From Octopus sinensis (lineage: Eukaryota): 64,000 nt of DNA. The stretch covers positions 64,182,464-64,246,463 of the forward strand of contig NC_043011.1 of NCBI RefSeq assembly GCF_006345805.1. Reading direction: 5' to 3'. Both the position numbers and the translations under genes were made by a program. The notes beneath the pieces were generated by a model that saw nothing but the letters and a program-made list of their open reading frames with translations, searched no databases and was not told the DNA's origin. Of this stretch, positions 24,070 to 38,136 are shown piece by piece (positions within the stretch are counted from its first letter, which is position 1; every line of letters starts with the position of its first letter).

Positions 24070-25900
24070 CAGAATACTGAACAGAAAGGATGTAAACGTG
24101 GATCCTATTGTTGTAAAGATCAACTACTCATCAATAAGATGATCTTAGAAGATTGTCACAAACGACACAAAATCTTATCAATAGCCTGGATAGACTATAA
24201 AAAGGCTTTTGATAGCTTACCACATAGCTGGATAAAGAAATGCCTGGAAACGTATAAAATATCACCTACTCTGCGAAAAATTTTGTTTGTAAGGTGTGAG
24301 ATCTTGGAGAACCACACTATGTTTGAACAGTGACGATGAATCTCTAAATAATGGTGAAGTAAAGATTTCATGTGGCATTTTTAAAGGCGACTCAATATCA
24401 CCTCTCCTTTTTGTTTAGCCTTAATACCTCTCTCAAAATGTTAAATGACGCACAGTACGGATATAAAATGTTGGATAAAAATAAATATCATCTTATTTAC
24501 ATGGATGATTTAAAGCTCTTTGCAAAAAATGTCCAAGAACTCAATGGCTTACTAACGATTGTTAAACAAATCAGCGATGACATCAGAATAAAATTTGGCC
24601 GCGAAAAATGTGCAAAAGCTAATTTTATCAAAGGAAAAATGACAGAATCATCTAACGTTGACCATGACAAGCAGAATGTCACAAAATAATTAGACCCAGC
24701 GGAGAGCTACATGTATCTAGGGGTAATTGAAGGGGACGGAATAAGGCATTCAATGATGAAGGAAAGGACCAGGACATAATGTTATCGCAGAGTAATGGGA
24801 GTAAAGGCATTCAATGATGAAGGAAAGGATCAGGAGATAATGTTATCGCAGAGAATGGGAGAAATAGGATGGAAGCGATCAATGCTTTGGCCATACCAGT
24901 CGGGAGTGACAGTTTCAATACCGTTAACTGGTCAATTACTAAAATGTGTAATCTCGACAGAAAAAATGTCCAAAGAGAGTAAATAATGCCGATTTTAAGA
25001 AAGCACTGACCCACCAATGGCTAATGGCCTCTGGCTTAAAATCTGAAACAGAAGGGTTTATCATAGCAGCTCAAGATCAATGCCTACCGGCAAGGAACTA
25101 CCAGGCCAACATTTTAAGGAACGGCTGTAGCCCAACATATTGTGTACGTCAACATCAAAATGAAACCATTGATCATGTTGTCTCAAAGTGCCGTCTTCTT
25201 GCGCCTACAGAGTATCTCAACATGCATAATAGAGCTGCACAATATATTCACTGGATAATTTGAAAACATCCTGGACTTGCCCCATGATAAAAACTGGTTG
25301 GAACACAAACCACCTCCAGTGATTGAAAATGTCCACATCTCAATCCTCTGAAACTTCACCATTCAAACTGACAGAAAGATCTACGCGAATAGGTCAGACA
25401 TCCTAGTAAAAGACTTCAGACAAAAAACATGCCTCCTCATTGATACGACTGTCCGAATCGATATAAACGTATCTGTCAAGACCTACCAGATAATGAGCAA
25501 ATATAAAGATCTTGAAATAGAAATCAGCAAAATGTGGTACCTGAAGTCTTAAACAATACCTGTTGTCATAGGTACCCTGGGAATGACAGCAAAAGGGGCT
25601 GATTGCCACCTAACTCATATACCAGGAAACGCCAAAATTGGCACAAATTCAACAGATAGTGCTCATGGAAACTGCTCATATCCTACGCAAAAAATTTCTA
25701 TGTAATCTCAAGTTTTAAAACAAACAATTTTCGTATGGTTTCTTAGTCATTCACTAGTTCAACACTACGTACAAAACCAAATATATGGCACCCTCGGCAT
25801 AACACCAACATGAACTTCCATCTTTTTGTCACTTGGGGTCGCTGGGTGAGATTTGGAGCTAACTTGTGCAAATGTAAGTCAAAAGTTAAACATAGAAAAA
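24070..25900 (+). mobile_element. Decayed R4/Dong-type LINE, family B, copy 2 (5'-truncated)
   Basis: [17 protein letters not shown] and YMDDLKLFAK motifs, (TAA)n on the 5' side, short AAT then GAA tract on the 3' side. Internal ~60 bp duplication near 24740-24860. Confidence 0.88.
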
Positions 25901-27240
25901 TAATAATAATGAGTAGAAGGAGAAGAAGAAGTAGAAGAGGAAAAAGAAGGAGAAGAAGATGAAGAAGAAGAAAAGGAAGAAGAAGAAAAAATGAAGAAGA
26001 AAGGAAGAAGAAGAAAAAGAAGAAGAAGAAGAAGAAGAAGGAGAAAAAGAAGAAGAAGAAGAAGAAGAGAGGAAGAAGAAGAAGAAGAAGAAGAAGAAGA
26101 AGAAGAGAAGAAGAAAAAAAGAAGAAGAAGAAGAAGAAGAAGAAGAAGAAGAAGAAGAAGAAGAAGAAGAAGAAGAAGAAGAAGAAGAAGAAGAAGAAGA
26201 TGAAAAAGAAGAGGCAATAGTCTTTCTGAAATAATAAGGAATGTACAGAACTAGTGTGTCATCAGAAATATTCGTAAATTTTGGTTTAGTATGAAATGAA
26301 AAAAAAACAAATAAGACCTAAATGCAGGTTCGTTGATTATCTTATTTATATATATCTCATTAAGTAACTTGTAACTGCAAAGAAGAGAAGCTCCATCATA
26401 TCCTGTAAAGAAAAATAATTACAAACGTTAATGAAACAAATGTTTTGGTGAAAGTTTTGCTGAAAGTACATTAGATAATTTGAAGAGTATGTGTCAAGAT
26501 TTACCATTTTGTTACAGTTATAATTGATTGTGCATTGCACTAATTTCGTTAGTTATTTTATAAAGATATTATTGTCGGACTAACATCCTCACTCGGTAAA
26601 GACGGACATATTGGTTTCGGCATTTTGTCTGCAATTACCATTTGAATTCTAATTCCACAGTGGTCGACTTTGTATTCCATCCCACTGGTGTCGATGAAAT
26701 AAATTCCAATTGAACACTGGGGGTCGAGGTAATCCATATACTTCTCTAGCAAAATTGCCTACGTGTATCAAAATTTGAACTCAAGTAATTTAATGAACTT
26801 CTGTATTTAAATTCTGTTACAATTATATAATGATATTTTACTATTACAATAATAACTGTACATTAGTTACATTATTTATAATTGACGGATATTTGTCTTC
26901 ATCTTCTCTGTTGTTAACACAACATTTCGGGTGATGTACCTTCAGGTCTTCTTCAGGTGTCTTGGGTAAATTTTAAACCCGGGTTCTCATTCCTAAGGAA
27001 TTGTTCGATGTTATTATTAACATCTTGTTTGTTAACAACATACAAGATGACGACGAATGTCCATCGAATTGTGAATAATGTATATACTTTTCATAATCTC
27101 TTAAAAATAGATCTGAATTATAACTGCGTTGTGTATTACTATATTATAACGTAATTCCTGCACTTTTGTGAAGTTAAAAATAACCAGTTGGTAAATAACA
27201 TTTAGAGAGGGGTTTACTGTGAATATACCAATAATATTCC

Positions 27241-27325
27241 TTAATTCATATTTATTTGTCGATGTAAGATGACATAATGTAGAGATTTTACGCACCTTTC
27301 TCTGGACAGTTCCAACTCCACTATG
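27241..27325 (-). CDS. Candidate terminal exon 3C, copy 2: (R)IVELELSRERCVKSLHYVILHRQINMN*
   Basis: Acceptor cacttttatcacttgctttcag|C. The end is altered by a copy-2 deletion at ~27260. Confidence 0.28.
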
Positions 27326-27361
27326 CTGAAAGCAAGTGATAAAAGTGTAAATATATACATA

Positions 27362-27398
<37 letters not shown>

Positions 27399-27417
27399 AT
27401 ATATATATATATATATA

Positions 27418-27486
<69 letters not shown>

Positions 27487-30117
27487 CGTGCATATTAGAC
27501 ATAAAAGCATGACAATATTTTCTATATCTCTGTAAAAAGCTTAAAATATATTTATATTATGAATGTATGCAACACTTGGCCAATTCTGGAAGAAAAAGCG
27601 ATGCTTTTCATATATAAGACAAACGCAATAATTTAAGAGAAGTGGAACTCCTTCTTCACATTTTATGTGTATTTTACTAGTTTTTTAATATTGTTGATTT
27701 TGCTAAGTCTTCAAATAAAATAACTATTTTCATCAAATGATATTAAATATCCGCACATATATTTCTACATAGGATCATCAGTATTAAAATCATCATGTAA
27801 CATTATAAAAAAACGTCTACGGTCTTCTGTCCATGAGTTAGACTCAAATCGACCGAAGGCAAGTATTCGAAGAACAGTGAAAAATGCAGCTACATTAAAG
27901 GCCGTAGTACATATACCTTTCATTTATTAAAAGTTTATTTCCTTAAGGGGGATGCTTTAGAACCAAAAATAGTATTTATTAATAATTTCTATGTGTAAAT
28001 GTAAAATATTTATTAAAAATAATACTCGAATTAGGACGCCCTTAAAAAAAAGTGCCCGCGTAGGATCAAGAAATATATCGACAGATTGTGTACGTATGTC
28101 GACAGATTGTGTACGTATGTCGACAGATCGTGTACGTATTCGCTGGATTGCATCATGTAATAAGAATCGTACGTGAAGTGACAAGCATTATAAACACATT
28201 CCAAATTCGACTTGACGATATACGAAATCAAATCAGGAAATCTCAGATGTTCCATAAGTTTCGTTCCTTTAATTCCTCCCTAGGTTTTCCATAAAAAGAG
28301 TTGGCTTTTACACAATAATTAAGGCATAAGTTTTCAATTACAGTATCAGGTACACACAAAATTGTACACGAGTAGCTAACGTTAAAATAAGTCATCAAAA
28401 TGAAATACGGCAAAATACTGACTTACAACTTATTACTTTAGACAACAAAATATAAATAATGAATGTATCTTACATGACACGCCTTGTGAATGTATTTATC
28501 ATAAAATTTGGCACATTCGTGACTTGTTTGATAAAAACACTTAGAATCACGCTTAAGTATACTGTAAAATAATAATAAATCAAGAATTATATAAAAATTG
28601 AACACGTATTGAGTGCACCATAGACATTTCCATAAATTTTTAGAAAAGACAGTCGCAACAAACTTAGAATAATTTAATGTTTTTATATAATCTGTTTCAA
28701 TATGATAAGCATATGTGAGAAAATTTGATATTCCGTATTGAAGCTGACAGATGTAATAAGATTTTGAACCCATCAGATGAGTGAACAGTGCTTACAGAAT
28801 GCAGTCGGGATCTGGACACACTTTGGTGGGTCGCTAAAGAAAAGTGGTAGGTTACACTAAGCGAACACGAGGCAGACACATGTGAAAAGGAACGCACACG
28901 CAAACACACGTACATAAAACAAGCAGCATTCAGTTTCCCTCAACCAAATCTCACAAATCGTCTATCTGTCCGGAAGTTTTTATTTGTCCTCTATTGCGTT
29001 TTTGTTCCATGATATATATATAGAGAGAGAGAAAGAGAGAGAGAGGGAGAGAGAGAGGTGATGAGAGGTAATTATGTCAATGAGACACAAATATGTTAGG
29101 TAATTGTGAGTAAGTGCAATGGATAGTCAACTGTTAAGCTCCAGATTCGGTGATTATGGGAATAAGGAGTGCAACGTAGGTCATATATCAGCATGTGTAT
29201 ATAGAATATGTTTTTTCAGAATTAAATGAAAAAACCTAGGCTGTGAATATTTTAGAACCTTTATATATAGAAGGTCTTACAGCAGTTTCTCGGTTATTTA
29301 TTATATCACTTCATTTATTATAGCCCTTCATAGGGTGTGAGAAAATGTTTAAGCAATAGATAATTTTTATAAGATATAAAATAGAGAGTGAAGTGTAACA
29401 TTGAAAATAGATGTGAGATATGTAGGGATAATGCTTGCCTAAAGAATGTATCTCCAAATACAATATCCTTGCATATCTCACATCTACTTTTATTCCACTA
29501 TTTCATTGGAAAGAGATCTGTAAGATATATATATATCTGTGTGTGTGCATTCTTGGTTGTGTGTGTTTATGTGTGTGCGTGTGTGTGTGTGTGTTTCTTT
29601 ACACACACACACGCACACGTTGCTACGTTGGCGTGTTTCTTTACATTTCATAACACTTTGCTGAAAAACTTATGTGATGTACGTACTTATTCTAGTTATT
29701 ATATAATATATACTTAGTTTATTATCATTATTCCGTATGTCATAAATGAAACACGCTCTTATTATTATTGAATTTCAATGTATTTTTAAAAGTTGCAATG
29801 CTATATATGTAAAAAAGACATTTATTGTAAAAGATGTTTGGCGAAAATGCTATGGGTTTGTAAAAGTTGAAAGGCAAAATTTGTTAAATATTAACGTAAT
29901 ATAATGTGTGTGTGTGTGTGTTTGTGTGCTTGCATGTGTGTCTATGTGTGTGTTTGTGTGTCTGTGTGTGTGTGTAGTTAGTGAGGGACAGAGACAGAGA
30001 GAGTCGGGCAGATTCGAGAGATTTATAATGACTGGAGAAAGAGATGGAATTACGTAGCATTAATATATAGTATTATAAATACTTGGCATATTATTAAATG
30101 TAGTCGTGCGAATATAT

Positions 30118-30221
30118 CTACCGGCAAACAAAACCTTCTTGGGGATACGCTTGGAACATCCATTTGGGATAATTACATGCTTCTTTATACTCATCAAAAC
30201 AAGAATGTTTCATCTCCACAC
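30118..30221 (-). CDS. Secreted Cys-rich peptide gene, copy 2, coding exon 2: (G)VEMKHSCFDEYKEACNYPKWMFQAYPQEGFVCR*
   Basis: Acceptor tttttcttttgtatttcaaattag|GT GTG GAG. Same 100-nt exon length, no indels or stops, Cys spacing C-x7-C-x16-C preserved. Confidence 0.82.
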
Positions 30222-32200
30222 CTAATTTGAAATACAAAAGAAAAATATATAAATGAAGCTTTATTTAAAAGTTATGCCAGTAAATATTAGAATACATTCT
30301 TAAGTAGAATACTCACCTCATACTCAATTAAAATAATTGAAATATCTTTGAACTTTGCCTATAAATGTCAATTTTAAATGTGTTTTACTACGACATCTAC
30401 AAATGAAGAAACAGTCACTCCCACATTTTCAAAAATAGATTTGCCTACGCCTTTATATTCTAAATAATTTTGCATGAATATTATGATACCAAATTTTATG
30501 TTGCAAATACTTCACGGACTAAAATGGAAATTAATTTATTATCAAACATTGTTGCACCTCAGTAATTAAAATATATTTTATCATAACTTAGAAATTAAAG
30601 AGACGTAAAAAAAAGTTTATGATATTGGATCAAAGTTGATGAATTTATATATAATCATTTCTACTACAGGCAAAACGCCTGAAATTTGCAGGGATGGAAG
30701 TAGTCGATTATACCGACCCCAGCGGCAGAATCGTTAGCACGACGGACGAAATGCTTAGCAGTATTTCGTCTGTCGCTATGTTCTGAGTTCAAATTCCGCC
30801 GAGGTCGACTTTGTCTTTCATCATTTCGGAGTCGATTAAATAAGTACTTGTTACGCACTCGGGGCGATATGTTCGACTTAATCCGTTTGTTTGTCATTGT
30901 TTGTCCTCTCTGTATTCAGCACCATGTGGGTAGTAAATAAATAGGTATTTAATCTATCATGCCAAAAGAATGTAAAGAAAATTCGACCGCGGCAGAATTT
31001 GAACTCAGAAAAATCGACGGGTGAAAAGCTGCTACACATTTGCCCGGCGTGCTTACGATACTGTGAGCACGCCGCCTTCATGAAGCTTTAAATAATGGCA
31101 AAGGAATTGTTTGGTGGAACTTTCCCATTCGAAAGACAAGTTTGAAAGATTCCCGAGTAGCTTCTTCTTTTCCTTCTTTCTTTATCTTTAATGAAAACAA
31201 ATTTCTTTTTCTTTCATCCATTACTTACAGGTCCATTACTTCGAGTTCCACTGCTTGGAAAATTTTTTCTCGTAGTAAAATATCGTGAGGCATGCCCCTA
31301 ATTCTCAACTATTTCTTGCTAAATCATGAGGGAAATTGTGTTTTATTTTGTAAGATTATATCTTTTAGAAATCAGAATATATAACTCGGAGTTGTCGGAT
31401 AGTTATTGTTATTGCTAAGCAGAGTAAATAATTTCTTTTTATTAAAGCTTTCCCTTCTTTTTCATAATATTTGGGTTGTTTCATACAGTATATCTATAGC
31501 ATATAACCACTGATATAAACAGCAAACGTTAAATTCAGCGTTAAATCTGAGAGGTTTTGTACAGAGAACTTAAACATGGTTTGATAAGCGTGTGGAGACG
31601 AGGCAATGGGGGGTATGCAATGTTTCGTATGGCTGGGACGTTCGAAAATGTATAGCAACGCCACAGTCCAATCAAGAGCATGTCCGTCACATTTTTCCTT
31701 TATCTGCTCAATTTTGCACCGGGAATACGTCAACCATGTTCGAACCATCGATCGAGAGTTCTGCAGCGATGTTTTCGAGTGTTTGATGTAGAACATTCGG
31801 TGAAAGAGACCGGAATTTCATGCGGTTGTCAAGGACGAATCGCATAAAGCCATCGTATAGTTTTGGGATAAGGACTTCCATACCGGATTCGAAATGTAGA
31901 AGAAACGCTTGGATCGATGTAGGTGCAAATATATTAACTTCAGCTAGAGATACAAACAACACAAGTTACAGTTTTAAACATCTGTCCTTTCCAAACAGCA
32001 TTACAAGAGCGAAAACATCTCAAAATACTAGTGAATGTCAGTCGTCAAAAATGTCTACTCAGGACACTGTCATATCCGTCCTCCATTAGAGTCATTATCA
32101 AAGCAGATTGTGCAACCTGATGACGTATCCCTTTGAAGGTTTTCAGGAACAATTTGAAATATCTACTTGAACTGTACACACACACACACACATATAATAT

Positions 32201-32274
<74 letters not shown>

Positions 32275-32354
32275 ACATATATAATATATATAATATATAT
32301 ATATATATAAATATATTTATATATATACATATATATTCACACACACACCACACA

Positions 32355-32412
<58 letters not shown>

Positions 32413-33720
32413 ACGTATATATACAGGATGGCATACTCATACATTTAATCATACTAAAGAATTTACAGGTGAATACAGACAGGTATATTCCGTTATGACT
32501 TCTAATACTTATACAGATCAAACGGAAAAGAAATATGGAGTATTAAAAGAAATATATGGATAAAGTACGCCCACACAGTGATACACATACATTCTCATCT
32601 ATTCATACATACGTATATACAACCCTACACTCACACACATTTGGTTAAAATATATAGAAAACAGAAGAAGAAGACAGGTGTGTGAACAGCAAGTATTAGC
32701 TGGACTCTTGAAATAAAAATCAGAAAGTCTTTTACATTTCGACCCTACGCTTTTCAACAGAAAGGAATAAAAGGCAATAAACAGAGTAAGGGGAAAATGG
32801 GAAAAAAACAAATCCTATAGATTTCATCGGTCCAACTTGGCGAATCATTCGCCATGCCGGACTGGTGAACACTACAAGTTTTGTTTCACTTTTTCTCTGA
32901 TTATTTTCTCATATTCCTTCGTATTGATTTGATTAATCTCGAAATTAATATTTTTGATTTCTTTCCTCAAACTAATACACTTGCTTGTTGTTCGTACATC
33001 TGTCTCTGTAATTTGTCTCTCTATAAATTCCAACTGTATAACATACGCTCACTTGGTTACGCCAGTTTGATCCTGACTGAATAAACTACTTATTGGATGG
33101 GCTTATGTTAAACCCTTCCCGAACCTTCAGCACCTGTTCTCATCTTCATACCAGCACTCCGCCTCGATTACCATTGTATCTACTGCATCGACCTTTAAGG
33201 ATAATACTGGAGGTTTCAATGATCTTAAATAGCATTTTTATAAATAGAAGAAAGTTTGAATGTCGTACAATGCATTATCTATGAATAAGATGAAACAAAA
33301 TATGATTAAAGGTGTAGGGAATTATTAAATAATACGAATATGGTAATAGAATGTCTTGATATAGTTTGATACATTATCTGTAACAGAGGCAACTCATTTT
33401 TAATGTTACCCAGATTAGGGAATTAGCTAAAATACACGAGCGAATGGTATTAAGACACTGACATAAATGGTATAACTTTATAAATAGAAAAATCACTGAA
33501 TATTGTCTAATATGCTATCTGTTACGGAATTGGGCAAAAATATTTCAAACCCAGTTAGTTCATTATTCAGTTGCTTTGAGCTACTTAATAAAGTGTCTTA
33601 TTGTAAATATAATGATTAAGTATATTTTCAATACGAATATACATAGGGTAATATTAGAATATAGGAATGCATGATATATATATAATATATTAAATATGAA
33701 TAACTATCTCTATATATTAC

Positions 33721-33819
<99 letters not shown>

Positions 33820-33992
33820 CACATATATATAATTCATATATGATTACGCACTTCCTTATACATATTATATAAATTTGAATACATATTTGTGTGAGCGTGG
33901 ACAATGTTGGGAAGGATAGTGAGAAGGGGAAAAAGTGAAACGATGTTAGATGTTTGATTTCTTGTGAAAGACAATGTAATTCATATTCTTAC

Positions 33993-34029
33993 CACAAATG
34001 AGATACGCCAGGAAGATGTAGATTTTCAT
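33993..34029 (-). CDS. Secreted Cys-rich peptide gene, copy 2, coding exon 1 (MKIYIFLAYLIC+G)
   Basis: Same ATG...TGT G|GTAAGA exon as copy 1, with one substitution (TTT>TAT, F>Y). Confidence 0.8.
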
Positions 34030-34609
34030 CGTCGTTATTCTAGTAGTCTTAGGCTTTTGAACGCACTTGGACACGTAAACTCCTATATAAATGAAAAACG
34101 AAGGTAACACATGTTTTGTTCATAACTGGTAAATGCATATTTGATATTTTACTTGATTTAGTTTCCCATGATGTTGAAGGTTAATGATTTACATTCCCTA
34201 TTAATATGTCAATTTCTTTGAACTTCTTAGTGGGGAGATATATTTCAAATGTAAGTTATATGCGGTTAAAGATAATGTACTTGGGTTTCCTGATGTTTTC
34301 TGTTATTCCAAGTTGAATCACAGAATTGTTCTTATAACCGTTACTGTCGAAGCTGGGTTCATTAAAATTTAGGTAGAAAACGCATAAACATCGATTCACA
34401 AAAATAATAGCATGCTATTACATTGTTGAGCATTACTTTGATGAAATGTATCATAGAATTACTTTGAAATTAATTCGAATTAGATTATGACGGCAAATTT
34501 ACTTCGGAATATCAGAAATTTAAAAATCATTTCAATAATGGACTTATTAATTATAATTGCTTTTCAAAGAATATAACAGTCATTCTGTTTAGGATATTTG
34601 ATAAATATA

Positions 34610-35795
34610 CAGTGTCCGAGGTGTAATTTAAAGAGGGGTATTTCGTGTTTAGTCAATTACACCTTTAAATTATATGATGTATTAATTTTTCAGGTAACCA
34701 ATTCAAGATATCATACTAACCCAAGAAATGAAAAGACATGCAGTCATTGTAGGTATAGATGCAAACCACAGTGATTTAGATATTAGGAACTGTCTAAATG
34801 TTGCAAAATCACTAGAAATTAAGTTCGATTGTAATTGGAGATATTTAATATTATTGTTTTACCTGTCTGAAAGTGCAAATACTATTCACAATCCTCAGAC
34901 ATTAAAAGGAATGTATAAATCGTTTTGAAAACATTATCAATGAAAACACCAGAAGAACAATGAGGTCAATTGGTAAAGAACTTCAGATGTCAGAATGGAC
35001 TATCAGAAATGTGGTACATCGTGAGTAATGAGGAAGAGCTAATTCGTGTCTGCAAAAACAAAGAAAACCGTCTCATCCGTTACTTAGCCAAGTGAAAAGT
35101 CACGATGTACAAAGCATGCTTTTGTTTGCTCTCACGAAAAACTCTTTGAGCAGGATCGAAATTCTAGCAGGAGAAATGACAGATTGTTATGAGCAGATCC
35201 TTCTGAAATACCCAGAGAATGGTTGTAAGACAATCTTTAAGATTACGTAACAACCAATAAGAGCAGTTATGAGCAGATCCTTCTGAAGTGCCCAGAGTGA
35301 TTTACATGAAATCATCAGCAACTGTGACGGTTTTAGGAGTGGTGAGTAACGAAGGTCATGTGATGCCTCTCCACTATTTTCCACAGAACCTTAGAATTAC
35401 CGCTACTGGCTACATTAATGTACTAGAAACTGGTATCAAGACCTGGATTAATGAAGTCTGGAATGCAAGGCAATGCGTGATTCAGGAAGACTCAGCACCT
35501 CCTCATAAAGCCCTAGTCACCCAACAATGGTTTTCAGCCAATCTTTAAGATTATGTAACACACAATATGTTGTATGCAGTGCTCAGCCGATTTAAATCCA
35601 TGGACTACTACATGTGGAGCGCCTTTGAAAAGGGAGACAAATCACCATCCTCATAAAACTATAGCTTTGCTGATTGCTGGCTTTGTCCATTTGATGTCCG
35701 AAATGAATAAAGATCATATAGTGTCAGCATGACAATGGTTTCGGTCCGGCATTTGATCACTCATCAAAACCGAAAAGGATTTCGTAGAATAATTT
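34610..35795 (+). mobile_element. Decayed maT/DD37D-type Tc1-mariner transposon; paralogs 59426-60610 and truncated 15107-15545
   Basis: TA|CAG(G/T)GT end, MKRHAVIVGI, SHEKLFEQD, TVTVLGVVSNEGHVMP, QEDSAPPHKA, DLNP/DYY and EN DFIE*. The second-to-third Asp spacing counts as 37. Confidence 0.85.
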
Positions 35796-37065
35796 GGTTT
35801 TAAAAAATCATTACGTAGAGTTTTTGCAGGAATAAACGTTTTACACTTTCAGAAATATATGGAGGTCAGTAGATTTGGAGCCTCAGCCACCCGACGAAAC
35901 ATGGTCCGCAATGCCGTTATGTCTAATTATTTGCTATAACAATACTCGCTTATCTACAAAATAGTTAAATTGTTACAGCTGCAATAGAAATAGCGTCGCA
36001 GTAGAGTACCACTCCTCACTTTCACTTGCAGTAATTATTATATTACATAACAATCATTCTCATAAAAGTATAACCGTTATTTTCTTCAAAAGTAATAGTA
36101 TATAATACAATACATGTGATACTTCCATGATATTTGCCCAGTATTTTATGTAAAGCAATTTTCATTGCAATACCATATTTGCATTTATTTTATATACTAT
36201 GAATAATATATCACTTGCACAATAGTAGTACAGTTCTATTATTATAATAGTAAATAAGAAGGCGAGCTGGCAGAATTGTTACTCGTTATTACGATGATCC
36301 GATAGTGTTGTAGTTCTCTAATGTGCTGAATTTTCACTCTAAGCGTGGATTATTATGTGTATAAATATACACTATCGTATAATTAATATATAGTCTTCTT
36401 GACTAATTTGTTTCACGTTAGATCACAGGAAATGTAAACGTTGATTGAATGTTTTAAATTTAATTAAATTCCATTACTCTTTTGATATGATTAAATATTA
36501 TAATTTTTTGTATAATTTTCGGTTAAATTTGGCGGTTTATTGTAACAAACAATATCACTGCGATTGCGCAGAAAAAATTGAAATGTTACTTCGTATAAAC
36601 AGTGGACAGGCAGCAGTTCTTGTCTTCTGTCTTATAGGTTTTAACCCCAGGTTGGCCCTAACCGAAAAAGATCAGACCTTGTGAGTTCCCCTGACTTGCT
36701 AAAAGAAGATCAGGAACCAATTTTTGTCCCCCTCACTTTCTAAAAGAAGATCAGAAACCAATTTTGGTCCGGGGTATTAAATGGTTAATGTTTTTCATTT
36801 CAAAATTTTGTTCCTGTCGAATCTTATCCGTTATTGTTATGGTTCTCTGATGTGCTGAATTTTAACTCCAAGTGTGGAGTCCTTATGTGTATAAATATAC
36901 ACTATCGTATACTTAATATAGAGTATTCTTGACTAATTTTTTGCACGTTAGACCACTGGAACTGTAAATTTTGATTGAAATTTTTAAATTTAATTTAATT
37001 CAATTTCCCTTTTGATATGATTAAACGATATATATATATATATATATGTGTATATATACATACAT

Positions 37066-37166
<101 letters not shown>

Positions 37167-38009
37167 GTATGTATATCTATCTATCTGAGTAACGCACATT
37201 TTGTTGTCCCGACTGAAGAGGTGAATACCGAATCGGCGTGTTTTGGACTGTCATTAAGGCTTAGAGAGTGAACATAGTAGATGGGTCTGTTTGCTCAGAG
37301 TTAACATTCTGATCTGACTTTGTTGCTTTTTTCTTCGAATGAACATATTCATCATATCGTAGGCTGAGAGATCTAACATCGCCTTTATGTGTTAGCTAGA
37401 TACGTCTCCCGGCATAACTGTTTCGTTATGTTTTAATCTGAGTAACTAATTTACTCTTTTGTTTACTTATATATTTATCTGTGTAATAGGATAACTTATG
37501 ACATGATCCCACACTCATGGATAATGGAATGCTTGAGTCTACTCAGTATAATAGACGACATAAGAAAATAAATTAGCTGCACGATGAAAGAAATGAAAGC
37601 AGATCTTTACTCAGGTGACATACTGTTCAGGAAAGTTAATAGGAAAATACTGTTTTCCAGGGCCTCTTTGCTGCTTTAATATTTCTCTGATGCGTGATCC
37701 CCTCAAGTTAGTATTATGGCAGGGTATTATTTGATGAACAGTAATGTAAACTTCAACGATTTGGTCTCCATTGATGATATGAACCATTTAAGAATCAATG
37801 GAAAAAACATCGATTCCTTAATGCATACTGAAATATGCTGCAGTAAAAAAATGTGTATCGAATTTGGCATAGAGAATTGGGCAATATTAGTCATGAAAAG
37901 GGGCAGGTATTAATAGGGAAGGCATCCAATTACCAGATTATAAGAGATTACAATAATAGAAAGAATTAAAGAGCTGTAAGCATCGAGAAGTATTAGTATC
38001 TGACTCATT

Positions 38010-38058
38010 ACTGCGCTCGGTAGTGAAGTGAAAGCACGCTATAAAAATAAAACTACTG
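38010..38058 (+). mobile_element. 3' tip (~45 bp) of the family C R4/Dong LINE
   Basis: ctgcgctcggtagtgaagtgaaagcacg..ataaaaataaaactactga is the reverse complement of 16082-16130 and is followed by (TAA)n. Confidence 0.7.

Positions 38059-38134
<76 letters not shown>

Positions 38135-38136
<2 letters not shown>

Larger units (their letters stand above)
23270..35800. repeat. Tandem segmental duplication, unit copy 2
   Basis: Same order of LINE, SINE, mariner, gene exons and maT relic as copies 1 and 3, with several copy-specific deletions. Confidence 0.93.

Noticed and set aside
28078-28140. Three 21-bp direct repeats (tcgacagattgtgtacgtatg)
   Set aside because: A head-to-tail minisatellite with no spacers, in eukaryotic context and specific to copy 2. 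Not a CRISPR array.
36320-37025. ~200 bp direct repeat (36320-36500 / 36835-37025) around a TTAA-bounded segment with a 40-bp tandem repeat, suggesting a piggyBac-like insertion
   Set aside because: The ends are not convincingly inverted beyond TTAACC/GGTTAA and there is no transposase trace. Left as an unexplained local duplication.
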